From positions 34,772,213 through 34,836,212 of the forward strand of contig OZ234493.1 in assembly GCA_965153455.1 (NCBI GenBank): DNA of 64,000 nucleotides, given 5' to 3'. A program made the position numbers and the translations under genes. This stretch comes from Sphagnum compactum (Eukaryota). The notes beneath the pieces are model-generated. The model was not told the DNA's origin. It saw only the letters and a list, made by a program, of their open reading frames with translations, and did no database searches. Positions within the stretch are counted from its first letter, which is position 1. Every line of letters starts with the position of its first letter. Shown one piece after another: positions 51,558 through 64,000 of this stretch.

Positions 51558-51785
51558 ATTTATATAGCGAGCGAGGGAAGTGGGAAAGCGTCCGTCGGGG
51601 AGGATCTCAGAGACGAGAGTATTTTTGGACCAATGGCTGTGCAGGAACTGTGTCACGCGGATCTCAATCTGACGGCATCCGTTACACCTGGGGGGTTCTA
51701 GATCGAAGGCGGCGAAATGCGTACCGGTTACGCCAATAGGAGGCTTCGCATCCGGATGCACGGATCGATTCACGATCCAACGGCG
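51558..51785 (-). promoter_or_regulatory. Plant histone gene promoter: TATA box, octamer-containing type II element, CCAAT boxes, nonamer-like motif
   Basis: TATATAAAT (minus strand, 51558-51566), TCACGCGGATC (51653-51663, containing the octamer CGCGGATC), CCAAT at ~51630 and ~51733, and GATCCAACGG at ~51774-51783. Confidence 0.85.
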
Positions 51786-51999
51786 GAGGTTAAACAAGAG
51801 GTCGTTGCTCGTCAGGACCGGTGTCGGCGGGTAAGTCTGGTAGCTACGCTGGCAAAAGACTTACCCTTGAGGGTATATATCAGGGTATATAAACACACAC
51901 ACACACACACATATACCTTCCTTGCTTGGTAAACTTCTTTGGCTACTTTCTAATTACCCGGACTTGGCTGGGCAGGTATTTCAAACTTATCCTCTCTTT

Positions 52000-54900
52000 A
52001 CTCTGCCTATACATATGCATACATATGTATATACCCGGGGGAGGGTAATTGTTTTGTACTGAGTAAAAATAGGGTATATGCCAAAATCATGAATAATCAT
52101 AATATTATGCAATTTTTTTGTATTTTGTAATGCATGTGATTATGATGGATTTTGTTTTAATTATGGTGACTAACTATTGAGTATATTAGTCATTAAATAT
52201 AGATATTGATATTGATAATCTATATTCATAAGAATGATTTAAATGTTTTTTTTTTTTTTCTAGTGATAGATTGGTTTCATTCTATCTTTGTTAATTTTTT
52301 TGATAGGATGTTTGAATTTTATTTTTTAAAATTAAAGGTGTCGAATTGAGTTTTGGAAAATTAATTAAATATTCGACAGTGGGTTGTCAAAGTGGCCCAA
52401 GTACCATGTTAGTACGTATTATAAGACATGAAGATATATGGAAATATATATGCTTGTAGAAAATGTGAATATGAATTTGTTGGTGGAAATTTATATAAAT
52501 GATCTTGAAATCGTAAAAATGGATAATATACACTACATCAACTTGTGGTTTTATAATGTGTCCAAAATATGGAAATCGTATTTAAATTGAAGACACTATC
52601 TATCACCGAATGTTTACAAAATACCCATGACTTTGAAGTTACCATAAAGTTCAATTGTGGCAATTCTCCATTTGAATATTTTTGTAATGAACTAGCATTT
52701 TGTCAATTTGGATGAAAGTTACAACCAAAGAGCATTCACATGAATGAAAAATGATTTTTTTTCATCAACCTCAATCATTGTGTTAATATGCATGAAGAAG
52801 GAACATGGGCCAATAATCTTACATAAATTGTAAATGTACAAAGGGTATATGGGTTGTGTAGATAGACAAGTTTGAATTTGGAACAAACCAATGTTAGGCA
52901 CGTATTAGAAATGGCACCAAACCCTTAATGGGTTTTAACCATGGGTATTTTTTTAAATCAAAGAACTAGTTTTCATATATAATCATGGTTCTCAAAAAGT
53001 ATAAATAAATAAATTGTAGTTCTTTACCAATTCCTTTTTGGAAATTGCGAGTTCTTTGAAGATTTTAAATAATTGGAATCAAAGGTTCTTTGATTTTGAA
53101 ACTTCTAAAAGAACTAGGACCAACAATTATTTTAAAAAATTGAATACTCACCAAAATTGGAACAAACTTGTTTCTTTGAAGTGAACTAAATGAATTGATG
53201 ATTGTCACACAACCATCAACTTGAAAAAGAAAAATGTAATGAATTCCAATTTATAATGAATACAATTGGACTTGGCTAATTGTCAATGCTTAGGAAAAGG
53301 AAAACATGTAACACATATACAATATTAACACTCTAATAATTAGGAATTTTGACACTAACAATTTTAAACACTTACAAAATTAATAAGTATTAATCTCCAT
53401 ATCCAAAAATTAATGTTTGTAAAAATAACCAATGGAATAGTATTGTATTTTCTTTCAATTCTTTTAAGCTTCATAACAAAACTCTTTAAAATATTTGAAA
53501 ATATCTTTGATTTGACTCTTCAAAAGTAGTGCACTTCAAAACAACAAATTCCCCACAAGTGCCTCAACCCTTCCCTTTGTTCTCTCCTAAATTGGGGAAG
53601 CTCTCACTCTTCAACCATAACCAAAACCTTTCACCATTTACTTTCTCTTTATTGTCATCATGACCTCAACCTAAATGCACATCCATTCACCACAAATTCA
53701 TACTTTATCTTTAGATTGCATGAAAACTTCTCATTCATCACATGCCACATTGGATTTGGTCAAGGTTAAGTTTGTGAAAATGGTCATTAGGAGCCAATGA
53801 AGTTTATGGTTAGAATTGGTTGATATTTTTAATAAACAAATTGACCTAATCAATATTAGGTGAGGAATTGCTTTTGATTAGATGATATGGATTATTACCA
53901 GTCACATTATGATGTACTTCATGTAAGGCTTATCATGATCTTAATCCATTATTCCCAACTTTAACACTTATCCAAATCATTTTATGAAGAAAGGAGTAAA
54001 ACTTTTATAAAAATTAACATTTTTTTGCGTATTTTTTGTGGGAGTACACATTTTCATGTAACATATGCATGTTTAATGCTTATAGAATTAATATTTAACC
54101 AAGTTCAATTGTATAGGACTAGCACATCCTTCTCAAATGTAGAGGTTTGTACTAGTTGATTTGTCAAGTATTTAGGCCCTTTTAATTGGCCATGGTGCAA
54201 CATTCATATCATTTTCTTCCTACCTACCATAATTTATGATCTAACGAAAAACCTTAATAACAAGGAATGTGGCACTAGGACACATTATGCTACCAATTTC
54301 ATCTAGAGAACTTGGCTTACTAATGATGATGAATGACTCATTAGAAGGTATAATGTTGTTCAAGGGTGTATTTTCTATTACATTAATTCTTCAAAGTCAT
54401 ATAAGACAATCCAATTCTTTAGTTTGGAAAGTTAATTGATGAATGATTCATTTGTAAATTTTGCTTTGTTCCTTGTGTGGTTGTGAAAACATATTCTTGG
54501 TATGTCAAATAACAATTGTGAACTTTCCAAACCCAACAAAGGAATCACAACATCTGTTTTTTTTAATTGAGAAAATGGTTGGTTATCAACAAAGGTCATG
54601 ATTATGGTGTTAAAATTTAGTTTTTGAAAAGAGGTAGATTTGAGAAAATCCTTTCCATTTCACTTTACCTGCTAATCAACTAAACAAATTTCAATAGATT
54701 TTAGTTTGGAACTATCCATGAATTGATTTATGGAACCTAAAGTTGTCTTGCCTAAACTAATTCCAATGAATCATTGTCATTCAAATTTTGAGGGTTTAAG
54801 TTTTACATCCAAAAACCTACCTTGATAATATATAAGGTGGTTACCAAGTTGGGTACAAAATGTTGGTTATTTCAAATTTGACCTTTTGCATAGTAGGTGG

Positions 54901-57900
54901 GTATTTTCTTAAAATAACTAGGAAATTGGTAACTTTGGGATATTGTTTAAACAAGCAAATTGATATTTCCTTGATGGTCCCAAAGAAATTGGAATTTGAT
55001 TATTTTTGATCACGTGTGAGATAGAAAAAATAATTTCACAAATATCAAGCCTTGTTGATTATTGAAAAAAATTGAAAATTGGCCAACATTAATCATTACC
55101 CTTGAAATATAAGAAACAAATAATCAAAGGAATTCTCGGATATGTATTATGGATTGGTTAGGTCTCACCACACCCTTCACACATATTTCCAATCATTTAA
55201 GCACAAAAACATTATAATTGGGATGTACATAACGAAAAAAATTAAGAGGAAATTATTCAACCTTGGACATCATGAGTCCTTTCACTTGGGCCTAGGTTGG
55301 AAAGTGTTAAGGTAGTTTGGGATGGGGATCACTTGTCTTTGACAAAATAAAATAATAAAAACTTGGATTGCTTTTCTTCAAAATTCTACATTTTGTTACA
55401 GAATTGTGGTTGGCCAATATCAACAACATTTGCATATGAATGATGTCTATAGTCCATTTGATGGTGATGTCAAGTACTTGAGAGAATAGGTAAAGAGTTG
55501 GAATTTGAATGGATTTAGAGTTGATGTTGGTCAAAATCACACATATCTTTGTCAAGAAAGAGGACTTTGTCACGTAGGGGAGTACTAAGAGTCAAGATTT
55601 TACACTACTTGTGTCAAATAAAGTATTGTTTGGAGGCCTTAAATGAAAGAACTAGTATTTTTTCACCCTATTATTACTTTTTTTTCAATATGCACATATT
55701 TAAGCCAAACTACATTTAATTATGATTTTTTTTTGCATTGAATTTTGATACCTCGTAATCATTTAAATTTTTAATTTTAATACTTGATCAAAATGAAAGA
55801 ACATATGACTACAACCATTTTTGAAGGTTTGAAAGCTATAGTGAAAAGCATATAACCATTTGCTCCGTAGGATGGATAAAATTTAATTCTTGCAAACAAC
55901 CATATAAATCTAATTTTCTAAGCCATCAACCATTCTATTTCATTCAAAACAAATAAAGGTAGTTTAAAACAAATGACAAACATATGATTTACTTTCTAGA
56001 AAGTGTCATGCTTGCACTTGTCACAATCAAGATTTTTGTATAAATGACATGTAAATGAAACTAGTTCACTTATTAATATTAGTTATTTTATTAACTTACT
56101 AATTGAATTGAACCTATTAACAACTAATACCTAATTTTTTTAATATACATGTTATTATTTTATTTTATTTTCCTAGTATCAAGGATTAACACAAATTTTA
56201 CATTAATTCTAAATTTATTTTTAGAATAAACATAACCCTTTCATGGAATTAATTAAAATATAGTTTCTACATGATAACCAATATATAACAACTTATATTT
56301 TCATTCACGTATTTTCTAGACTCAAAGAGGTGTGTCCCCCAAGCTTCATCACCATTTTTTTTATAGAAGGGTGTTTGGTTAACCACATTTGATAATCGTT
56401 TTTATGCAAATCAATTGTACCATAACATTCTTTCAATGTCAAATTGAGAATGTGTTTAAACATTTGAAGATGTTCTTCTATATGCATTACATTTTGAGAC
56501 AAGTGAAAAATTAAACATAATGCATGGTGCAAAGTTGAAGGTTTAGAATATCCTATTCATGTTTAGAGTTTAAGGTTTAGTCATTGTAATCTTGTAGAAA
56601 ATTGCTACACCTATGAACTTTTGCAAAAGAGTTGACAAATAAATATGTTAAAATAAGTTTGTAAGATGAATGTCAAGCAACATGTACATTATAATCTTTA
56701 TTGAAATTCCCACGACCAAAGCTTGTAAGATGTCATGTTGAAAATGCAAGTCCCTTAATCAAAAGACACCATCTAGGCTAATGAAATTCACAATACAAGA
56801 TTAAGGCAAATGAACCATTTAGGGGCCAAGTCCTCATTGGTGGGAGGAGGTGGCCCTCAAATTTGTAGATTGATGGAAAATATGATATGAATGTATAATT
56901 GTGATAGGTAAAAGACATTCTAACTACCTCAGTGGCTAAGGGTAAGGTTGCAAAACTAGCAATTAGGAGTTTGATTCCCAACTAAACCCTCAACTTTTCA
57001 TGCTTTATGAAAAGAATGATGTACTATTGTAGTTAGAATTTAGGATGTTGTTAGTGTTATCAAAAGAAAAGAAAAAGGTGGGAGCACCCATCATCAAAAT
57101 TAATAAACCCTTTCACAAACTTTTAGAATTGTTTCAAGAATACACCTTCAACACCTAGGCTAATTGCAGTGTAGCTTTTAGTTTTTGGCATTAATTACTT
57201 TCCTTTATTAATCTCTACCCCATAAAAAACATTGAATATGGGTGAAAATTCCTTGTTTTAGTTCTAGATGGTGTGATAACAAAGATTATACCATGGAACA
57301 AAATTAATTGAATGTTTTCAAGAAGAACATGGTCAATGGTGGTGCAACAAGACATTGTAAGATTCTAGAAACATTAAAAATCAAAATGGCAATTCACTCA
57401 TTCTAAAAAGTCCCAATTTTTAAAAATATATATATCACCATACATGTTTTATTCATGTAGAAGAAAATAACTTTTTTTATTGAAAAAAAGGTGCGAGTAC
57501 AGAAATAGGAACCAAAAACCATGTTAGATAGTGGTGAAAATTGTGAACTTTTTTCCATATGTTTTTTTTTTGGACATTTAAAGTTAGGTTAATCATTCCA
57601 AGTTGTGCTAAATGACTAATATGAAAGTTGAGGAATTCAAATTAAAAATTCATTAAATTAAATAAAATTGGGTTTTGATTTTTAAAAGGACGTTTAAACT
57701 TGAATAGGTGTTGCGTAAGATGTGGTCAATTTTACAAAGGAATAAGTAAAAGACTATTGTAATAACATAATTTTGATGGTAAAAAAAATTAGATGATAGC
57801 AACCCACTGCCCAAGTTCAAAAAACATTCACAATTTAAAAGATATGGGATTTTAAAATTTTCAAAATTCAAAGTATTTTTCAGATTTTTAAAACTTCAAA

Positions 57901-60900
57901 GTCATGTACCACATGTAAATGGGGTGTAATGTGCATGCCATACAAAACAAAGTTATAGTTTATGATATTAAAAAAAAAACCTAAAGTAGTTAGCATATTT
58001 TGGTATGATTCAAAATTATGATAAATTTTCAAGATGAAATGCAAAATTTGGTAGAATTCACACACTTTGAAAAATTCATATTTATTCAAAAATGATTAAC
58101 AAAGAACATTTGATCTATTGGGGCAACTACATATATTTTTAATAAACAAGTTGCAGAAGCTTTCATTCAAAAATTCTTTAATATGAAAAAGTGAAAAAGA
58201 CTAAAAAAGATTCACAATCCTTTTGTAAAGTAATCCCGTTGGCTCCTATCTATGTACTTGCACCCAAAAACCAATCTACCAAAATATGAAAAACACACCA
58301 CAACATTGCAAAGCTTGAGGCTCAAGGTGAAAAGTTAAAAAATTTCATGGTGTCACAACTTTGAAACAAACATTCTTTGTAGCCTACAAATGCCACTACA
58401 TGATTTTAGTTATGTGCAAGGAATTGCCTAGTAATTTTTTTTAAGTGGCCCAAAAAAATTTATTACATTGCTCATTTTGTCCAATTAAAGGATGACTCAT
58501 TCTTAAAGAAATATTATTTATACAATATTTTAACATTGTTGTAGGAAATTTGTTAGTATAGAGTTTGACATGTTAGTGTAATTATAAATCCTTCCTAAAT
58601 GGGACTATTTTACATTTTTCATCTTCTTAGCATGGTAATGTCAAAATGAAAATATACCCAATTTGGTATTGAAGAAGAAAGTTTGTAATATTTTGGCTCA
58701 AAAAGGGGTTTAGGATCACAAGGTAACCATTCTATAGCCAAATCTTGGAACATAATTACTTAGTGTCAAAATTCGTCCCATTACAATACAAGCATATCCC
58801 CAATCACAAACTCTTATCACATAGGTACATTTGATGCAATAATTAAATACTAAACTACAATGAAATCTAGCACAAATAAGAAAAACATTATATGATAGGA
58901 GAAACTAAGAGGGGAAGATGCCTTGCAAAGAACAAGTAAAATGTTCAAATTGACCCATTACATATGCCAATTGTCACATGAAGTTCACAAACCATTGAAT
59001 TCCTCTTTCATCAAATCAATAAATAACAACACCCAAAATGTTTATGCTTCATATTCACCATAGCTTCAACCTTTAAATGAAAGTCATGGACATTATATGT
59101 TCCAATGAAGACAAAGTCATCAAATTGGCAAGTCCTCTTACAATTGAACACAAAGGAACATGATTACCAAACATCAAGTTGCACTCCCAAACAGTGGTGT
59201 TCACAAGTTGGTCAAAACACCACTATAGTGTTACATTCAACTTCTAAAAAACTTCGAAATTTTTCTCTTGACATTCCTCCCTTCTTCCTCCTTCTCCACT
59301 ATTAACTCATCTTTTTCTTTCTAGAAAACTTTGACTATTGCAATTTCTAGCTCCTTTTATGCCTATGTTTATTCTTCAAAAGCCACTATGTTTTTGCTAT
59401 GGTGGAAATCATCATATCAATTTGTATCTCTCTCTATATAACTTCAATTATTGCAATTTCTCATTCCTTTCATGTCTATGGTTGATTGATTTAAAAAAAT
59501 TTGCTCCACTTTTTGTTGCAATTGGAAACATATATATTCAAGACACATACAGTGCATATCCAAGATGCACAAATAGAAAAACACACATGTTTTCATTGCC
59601 ATAGAAATCACTCTTCCTTTCAAAGCTCAAACCATTGCTTCTAAAAGCTTCATGTTTTTTCAAGTTTCATAGAAAAGAGGTTGCAATAAATTGATTTGAT
59701 TACAATTGTCAAAGATGCACACATTTGACATCCAATGTGCATAGATAAAGGATGACACAAATTTTCATCATCACATAAATAACTCATCCTTTTAAAATTC
59801 AAAACTTTTTTTTGAATTTTTTTGTTTCTATAGGTTCCATAAAAAAGATGCTACATTAGATTGTTCTCATTTTGTTGCAAGAAGAAATCTGGGCATGAAA
59901 AATGCATAAGGAATGTTGCAAAAGGTGGCCAAATCATACATATGTTGTAAATTGTAATTGAAACACCTCATAGGAAAAAGAAATGAAATTCTAAGAAATA
60001 ACAACAAAAGCTTATGAGCTTCTTGGGAAAGGTATGCAATCTTATTATGTGTTGAAAAACAATGCTTGTATCATTTTTGGCACTTGTATAATTGGTATAT
60101 GTAAAATGCCATATAAGATGACAATAGTGTAATAAGTGTATGGGATAACCCATTTTGGCATCCAAGATGCCACACAAAATGAGAAAAATGCCATCATCAC
60201 ATCCACAATTCTACACTTGGATAGAATTTTTTTTGTAAAATGCCATAGAGCATGAAAAGAGTGTAACAAGTGCCATGACCATAGCCAAGTGTCAAGGTCT
60301 AATATTACAAGAAAAGTCATGTTCTATTGTAGTGCTTGTAGTGAAATTAGTAGGAAAAGTAATATGTTGGGAAGAGCTTGCAAATAAATATTTTGGTTTT
60401 TTTGCATTGTATGCCATGAGATCACCCAAGTAAAGTAAGGTCTAAATAACCATGTAATCACATTCACTATTATGCATAAAAAACCCCTAGAATTGAAAAA
60501 CAAAAGAGAAACTGTGAATACAAAAGAATTCAAACTATATATATTCAAGAAATTTGAAACACTCAAACCACCTATGCTTATGTATTGGACTTATAGCACA
60601 CACCATACCCCCCTCCATGATTGTCATATGTGAAAATAATTTCCCAAAAAAATAGTCATAACAAACCAAATAAAACAAAGAGGGAGGAGGAAGATGAGTA
60701 TATGTTCCATGATGGTGTGATGCATTTCATGGAAAGAAAAAACCAAAACAAAATGCATACATGCTTGAAAAGAAAAAGTTGTTTGTGTGGGTGTTGAAAA
60801 TGCCTATGTACCCATAACCTACTACTTCAATGTGAGCTCATACACAACATAAAATTGTAGGAACCTAGTTAAGAAAAACATTGCTCTTGCAAAATGCAAA

Positions 60901-62780
60901 AAGAGATGAAGATGATGAGAGTTTCAAAATAAAAAGTGAGAAAAGGTTGAATAAATAAGTGACAAGTTGGATGGGAAAAGATATGGTTTTGGGGATTTCA
61001 TTAAAGTCAACATCCTACAAGCTGCCTCCTCAAATTATAAGAGGTGTGAGGTGACATTTGTTTGGGAATGTGTTCTAGACTTCATCGTCTGTGAGCACCT
61101 TGAGGTTGTCAACTTGATCAAATCTTCAAATCCTATAAAAGAATGAATATCAAGTTATCAACTAGGTGAGTAGTTGGCATTTGTTAGCCATATGCTAAAG
61201 GTAACAAAAAACTTAGTGTTGGAACTAATTTGTGCTTCAAGGGTGTATTTGTACCTCACAATTACGACCATACATACATGCATCATGTGAAGAAGATTAT
61301 GGAAGACAATTGAGTACTCTCAAGAGACTTGTTACTATGTGAACAAGACATCCATAATGTGGTTGGTAAGTTATCCAAAAAATTTACAAAATGGCATGAT
61401 GATTTTATGCAAAGTTAGAATGTGGGGGCACAACAACATCTAGACAATGAATTTATTTTCTAGGAAAAGTGCCATAAGCCTACAAAAGGCCTTGTTAGCT
61501 CAAAACATGCCATCCCCCATTTGCATTCAAACACGTTGGTAAATAGAAATGATGTTAACACATGGACATGAAAAAGGTGTCACTATTAATGTCACTTTCA
61601 ACATTAACAAAAACATTGTTCACCCACTTAGCTCCATGCCAATTTTGACTTCCATTTTTTCTTGTTGTTAATTAAGTTTAATGTGCCATTTGTAATTGTT
61701 GAATTATATATATAACCTTTAATTTGGTAAGTGAAGATTCCACAACTTTATCATTTAGTGTAATTTCATCATTAACATCTGTTTGAATAAAAATCCATTT
61801 AATTTGAACTTGGTCAAATTTCACATTAACATATTTAAAACTAAACCATTTTTGGTTATAAAGACATCACTACACATTATGTAAATTCATTGTCATGTGC
61901 CATGCATGCCAGATTTTGATTTTTAAATGATTTAAAAATTTGACTAAATGAAGACATCATAAATATTAAGATTTCAAGTTTAGCCCTTAGATGAACTTTT
62001 TGTAACTTTGTTTGTTGTAGATATAATTTTTATTCAATTGTGTTATTATGGTATTTATTTTTTCCACTTACTTAATTTTAGAGAAGGTTTATGTATAAAC
62101 AAATCAAACCACAAAATTCTTCTTGTCATTATGGTGAAGTTATGGCAATGGTTAATTACCTTGTATCACATGGTGATGATTGTTTTGGCTAGTTCTGCAC
62201 ATGATGATTTAAATGCTTGTTTCATTTGTGGCCTTGTTTATGTTTGGTATGTCATAGAAATTGATTTCAATTGATCATGTAATGATATTTTGTTATATGA
62301 AACCAAAGGCATTGGATGCCCATGATCTTGCCATAATTTTCAAGAAGCGTTATTTCCAAACTTGCTACAAGCTATTAAATTAGAATTGCCAACTTTATGG
62401 TTAAATGTGGATAAAAGATTAAACTCACAAAGGTCACATCCTGGTGTTGATGAAGATCGTGCAAGAGCATAATTAGAATTTCATTTATGAATACTACAAT
62501 ACGATAGTCCCAACCAATCTTTTTTTGGGTGAAAAATCAACAAAATGCAACATAATTTTTTGAAAATGGAATATTATGTCACAAATTTCCTTTTAAAAAA
62601 CTTCACCTAAAAGGTTCAAAATTTAGGGGGAGGGGGGTGTCACCACATTTATGCCTACTAGCTACAGTTTTAATAGTTCTTTGAAAGAATGTAGTTAGTT
62701 AAGTTGATGCTCAACACCCTAGCTCCATCGAGAAATTGAAAAAAAATTTGGTCTTAATGTCCAATTTGATTGGAAAAATG
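52000..62780. other. Gene-free AT-rich intergenic region of fragmented repeats/TE relics
   Basis: No spliceable conserved coding sequence was found. Fragments are shared with repeats elsewhere, e.g. TGATTATTGAAAAAA...AATTGGCCAACATT at ~55055-55090 and ~18755-18789. Confidence 0.6.
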
Positions 62781-62789
62781 TTTAGTTTT

Positions 62790-63065
62790 TTAGCTCCCCC
62801 CCCGCCCGGTCCTTCCCATTGCCCACTCCGGTTCTTTACCCCGTCGACCCCCCCCCCCCCCCCCCCCCGTTCCCCTGTTATATATAATTAACTTCCCGCC
62901 CCGTGCTGGCCCCCCCCCCCCCCCCGCCCCGTTACCAAGCCCTCTCATAGAAAATGCATTGCCCGGTTCTGCCATAGAAAATGCAGAGGCCGGTTTGCCA
63001 TAGAATTGTAGCAGAATTGTCGTGTCAGACAGACGCACAGACAGACGTAGTGATAATATATTAGA
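62790..63065 (-). mobile_element. Probable non-autonomous Helitron 5' portion
   Basis: The minus strand reads A|TCTAATATATTATCACTACGTCTGTCTGTGCGTCTGTCTG: a TC start after an A, followed by a (GTCT)n tract typical of non-autonomous Helitrons. It forms a sharp GC-rich island in AT-rich DNA. No matching 3' hairpin-CTAG was identified. Confidence 0.5.
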
Positions 63066-64000
63066 TTCAATTTTTGTCCATTTTGACCAAATGTCTTTAT
63101 TTGAGAAGATGGTCAAAATGCTCACATTAATCAACTTGTCTAGTCAAAAAACATACATGGCTAGGGCTTTGTCAACTTTTAGTCAAAATACATACCTTTG
63201 TTTCAATTGAAATGGACAAGGTGGTCAACTTGGACAACTTAAAAATTTGTTTTAACATATACAACCAAAATTTTGGGGATACTTGATAAAAGGGTGGGAA
63301 ATATGATATGTTTGCTAGGTTACAACTCATGAGTGAAAATTATAATTTTAAGCTATGTTTGTACACGAGTAATTAAACTATGACAAGTTGGGTAAAAATA
63401 CATAAAGATGGACTAAAAGCGATGGATCAAGATCCATTCTGAAAGTCCATTTTTTTTGTATTTTGAATTGTTTGAATGTATTTTAAGCCTAATGAGTTGG
63501 TACAAATGATGTTGAAGTTAATATTCTTCCCATATCCAAGTTTGAGGCAACATTTAAAACTCATTTTAAAACATTTTTTTAAAATTGAAGATTGGTCTTG
63601 AAAAATATAAATTTTAATATCAAAGAAGACTTTGTCATTGTGAAAATTTTGATTATTCAATATCTTCAAATAAGATTTACTTTGTTTTTTGACCTTAAAC
63701 GTTATAATTTTTTTCAAAGTGTTATGACCCAAAGTTACAAAGACATTGTACTTGTAACACATTGTGAAAGTTCATATTTAATTTTTTGCAATATGGGATA
63801 GTCCATCTTGAGTTTTTCTTGGATAGTTTTGTTATGATTTTTTCATTGTGAAAGATTTCACGTGTTAGCTTTACATAAATGAATCATTTTCTGACATCCA
63901 ACAAATATGTAAGAATAGTTTGAATATCTTCAAAAATTTCCATTGGGACAATCCATTTTGTTCATTGTAATTTGCAATTGCCCAACCAAGGAACAAGTTC

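Noticed and set aside
59500-61600. Possible hAT/MULE transposase remnants
   Set aside because: The sequence is too degraded, and no diagnostic DDE or zinc-finger motif could be read with confidence.

Overview
Eukaryotic, AT-rich, intron-containing land-plant genomic DNA. It is most consistent with a non-seed plant with flagellated sperm, such as a moss. That is an inference from a ZBBX-like gene and the plant gene families present, not a species identification. Six spliced protein-coding genes could be assembled by hand from GT-AG boundaries with consistent reading phase: a SOUL heme-binding protein (+, 9487-12458, 8 exons), a ZBBX-like putative ciliary protein lacking the B-box (+, ~13673-16284), pyruvate decarboxylase (-, 21154-24824, 7 exons), XAP5/XCT (-, 33005-38497, 12 exons), a WNK kinase (+, 44347-48868, 7 exons) and an intron-containing histone H2B (-, 50848-51410) with classic plant histone promoter elements. 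Most short six-frame ORFs are spurious. Intergenic DNA contains four stacked MITEs directly upstream of WNK (one with a perfect 8-bp TSD), Helitron-like termini (one abutting the PDC promoter, with an adjacent palindromic tandem array), degraded non-LTR retroelements, several tandem and inverted repeat arrays, and a decayed multi-exon gene of unknown identity at ~4.6-8.6 kb. The last 12 kb is gene-free, AT-rich, TE-derived sequence. No prokaryotic-type systems (CRISPR, operons), tRNA or rRNA genes were recognised.
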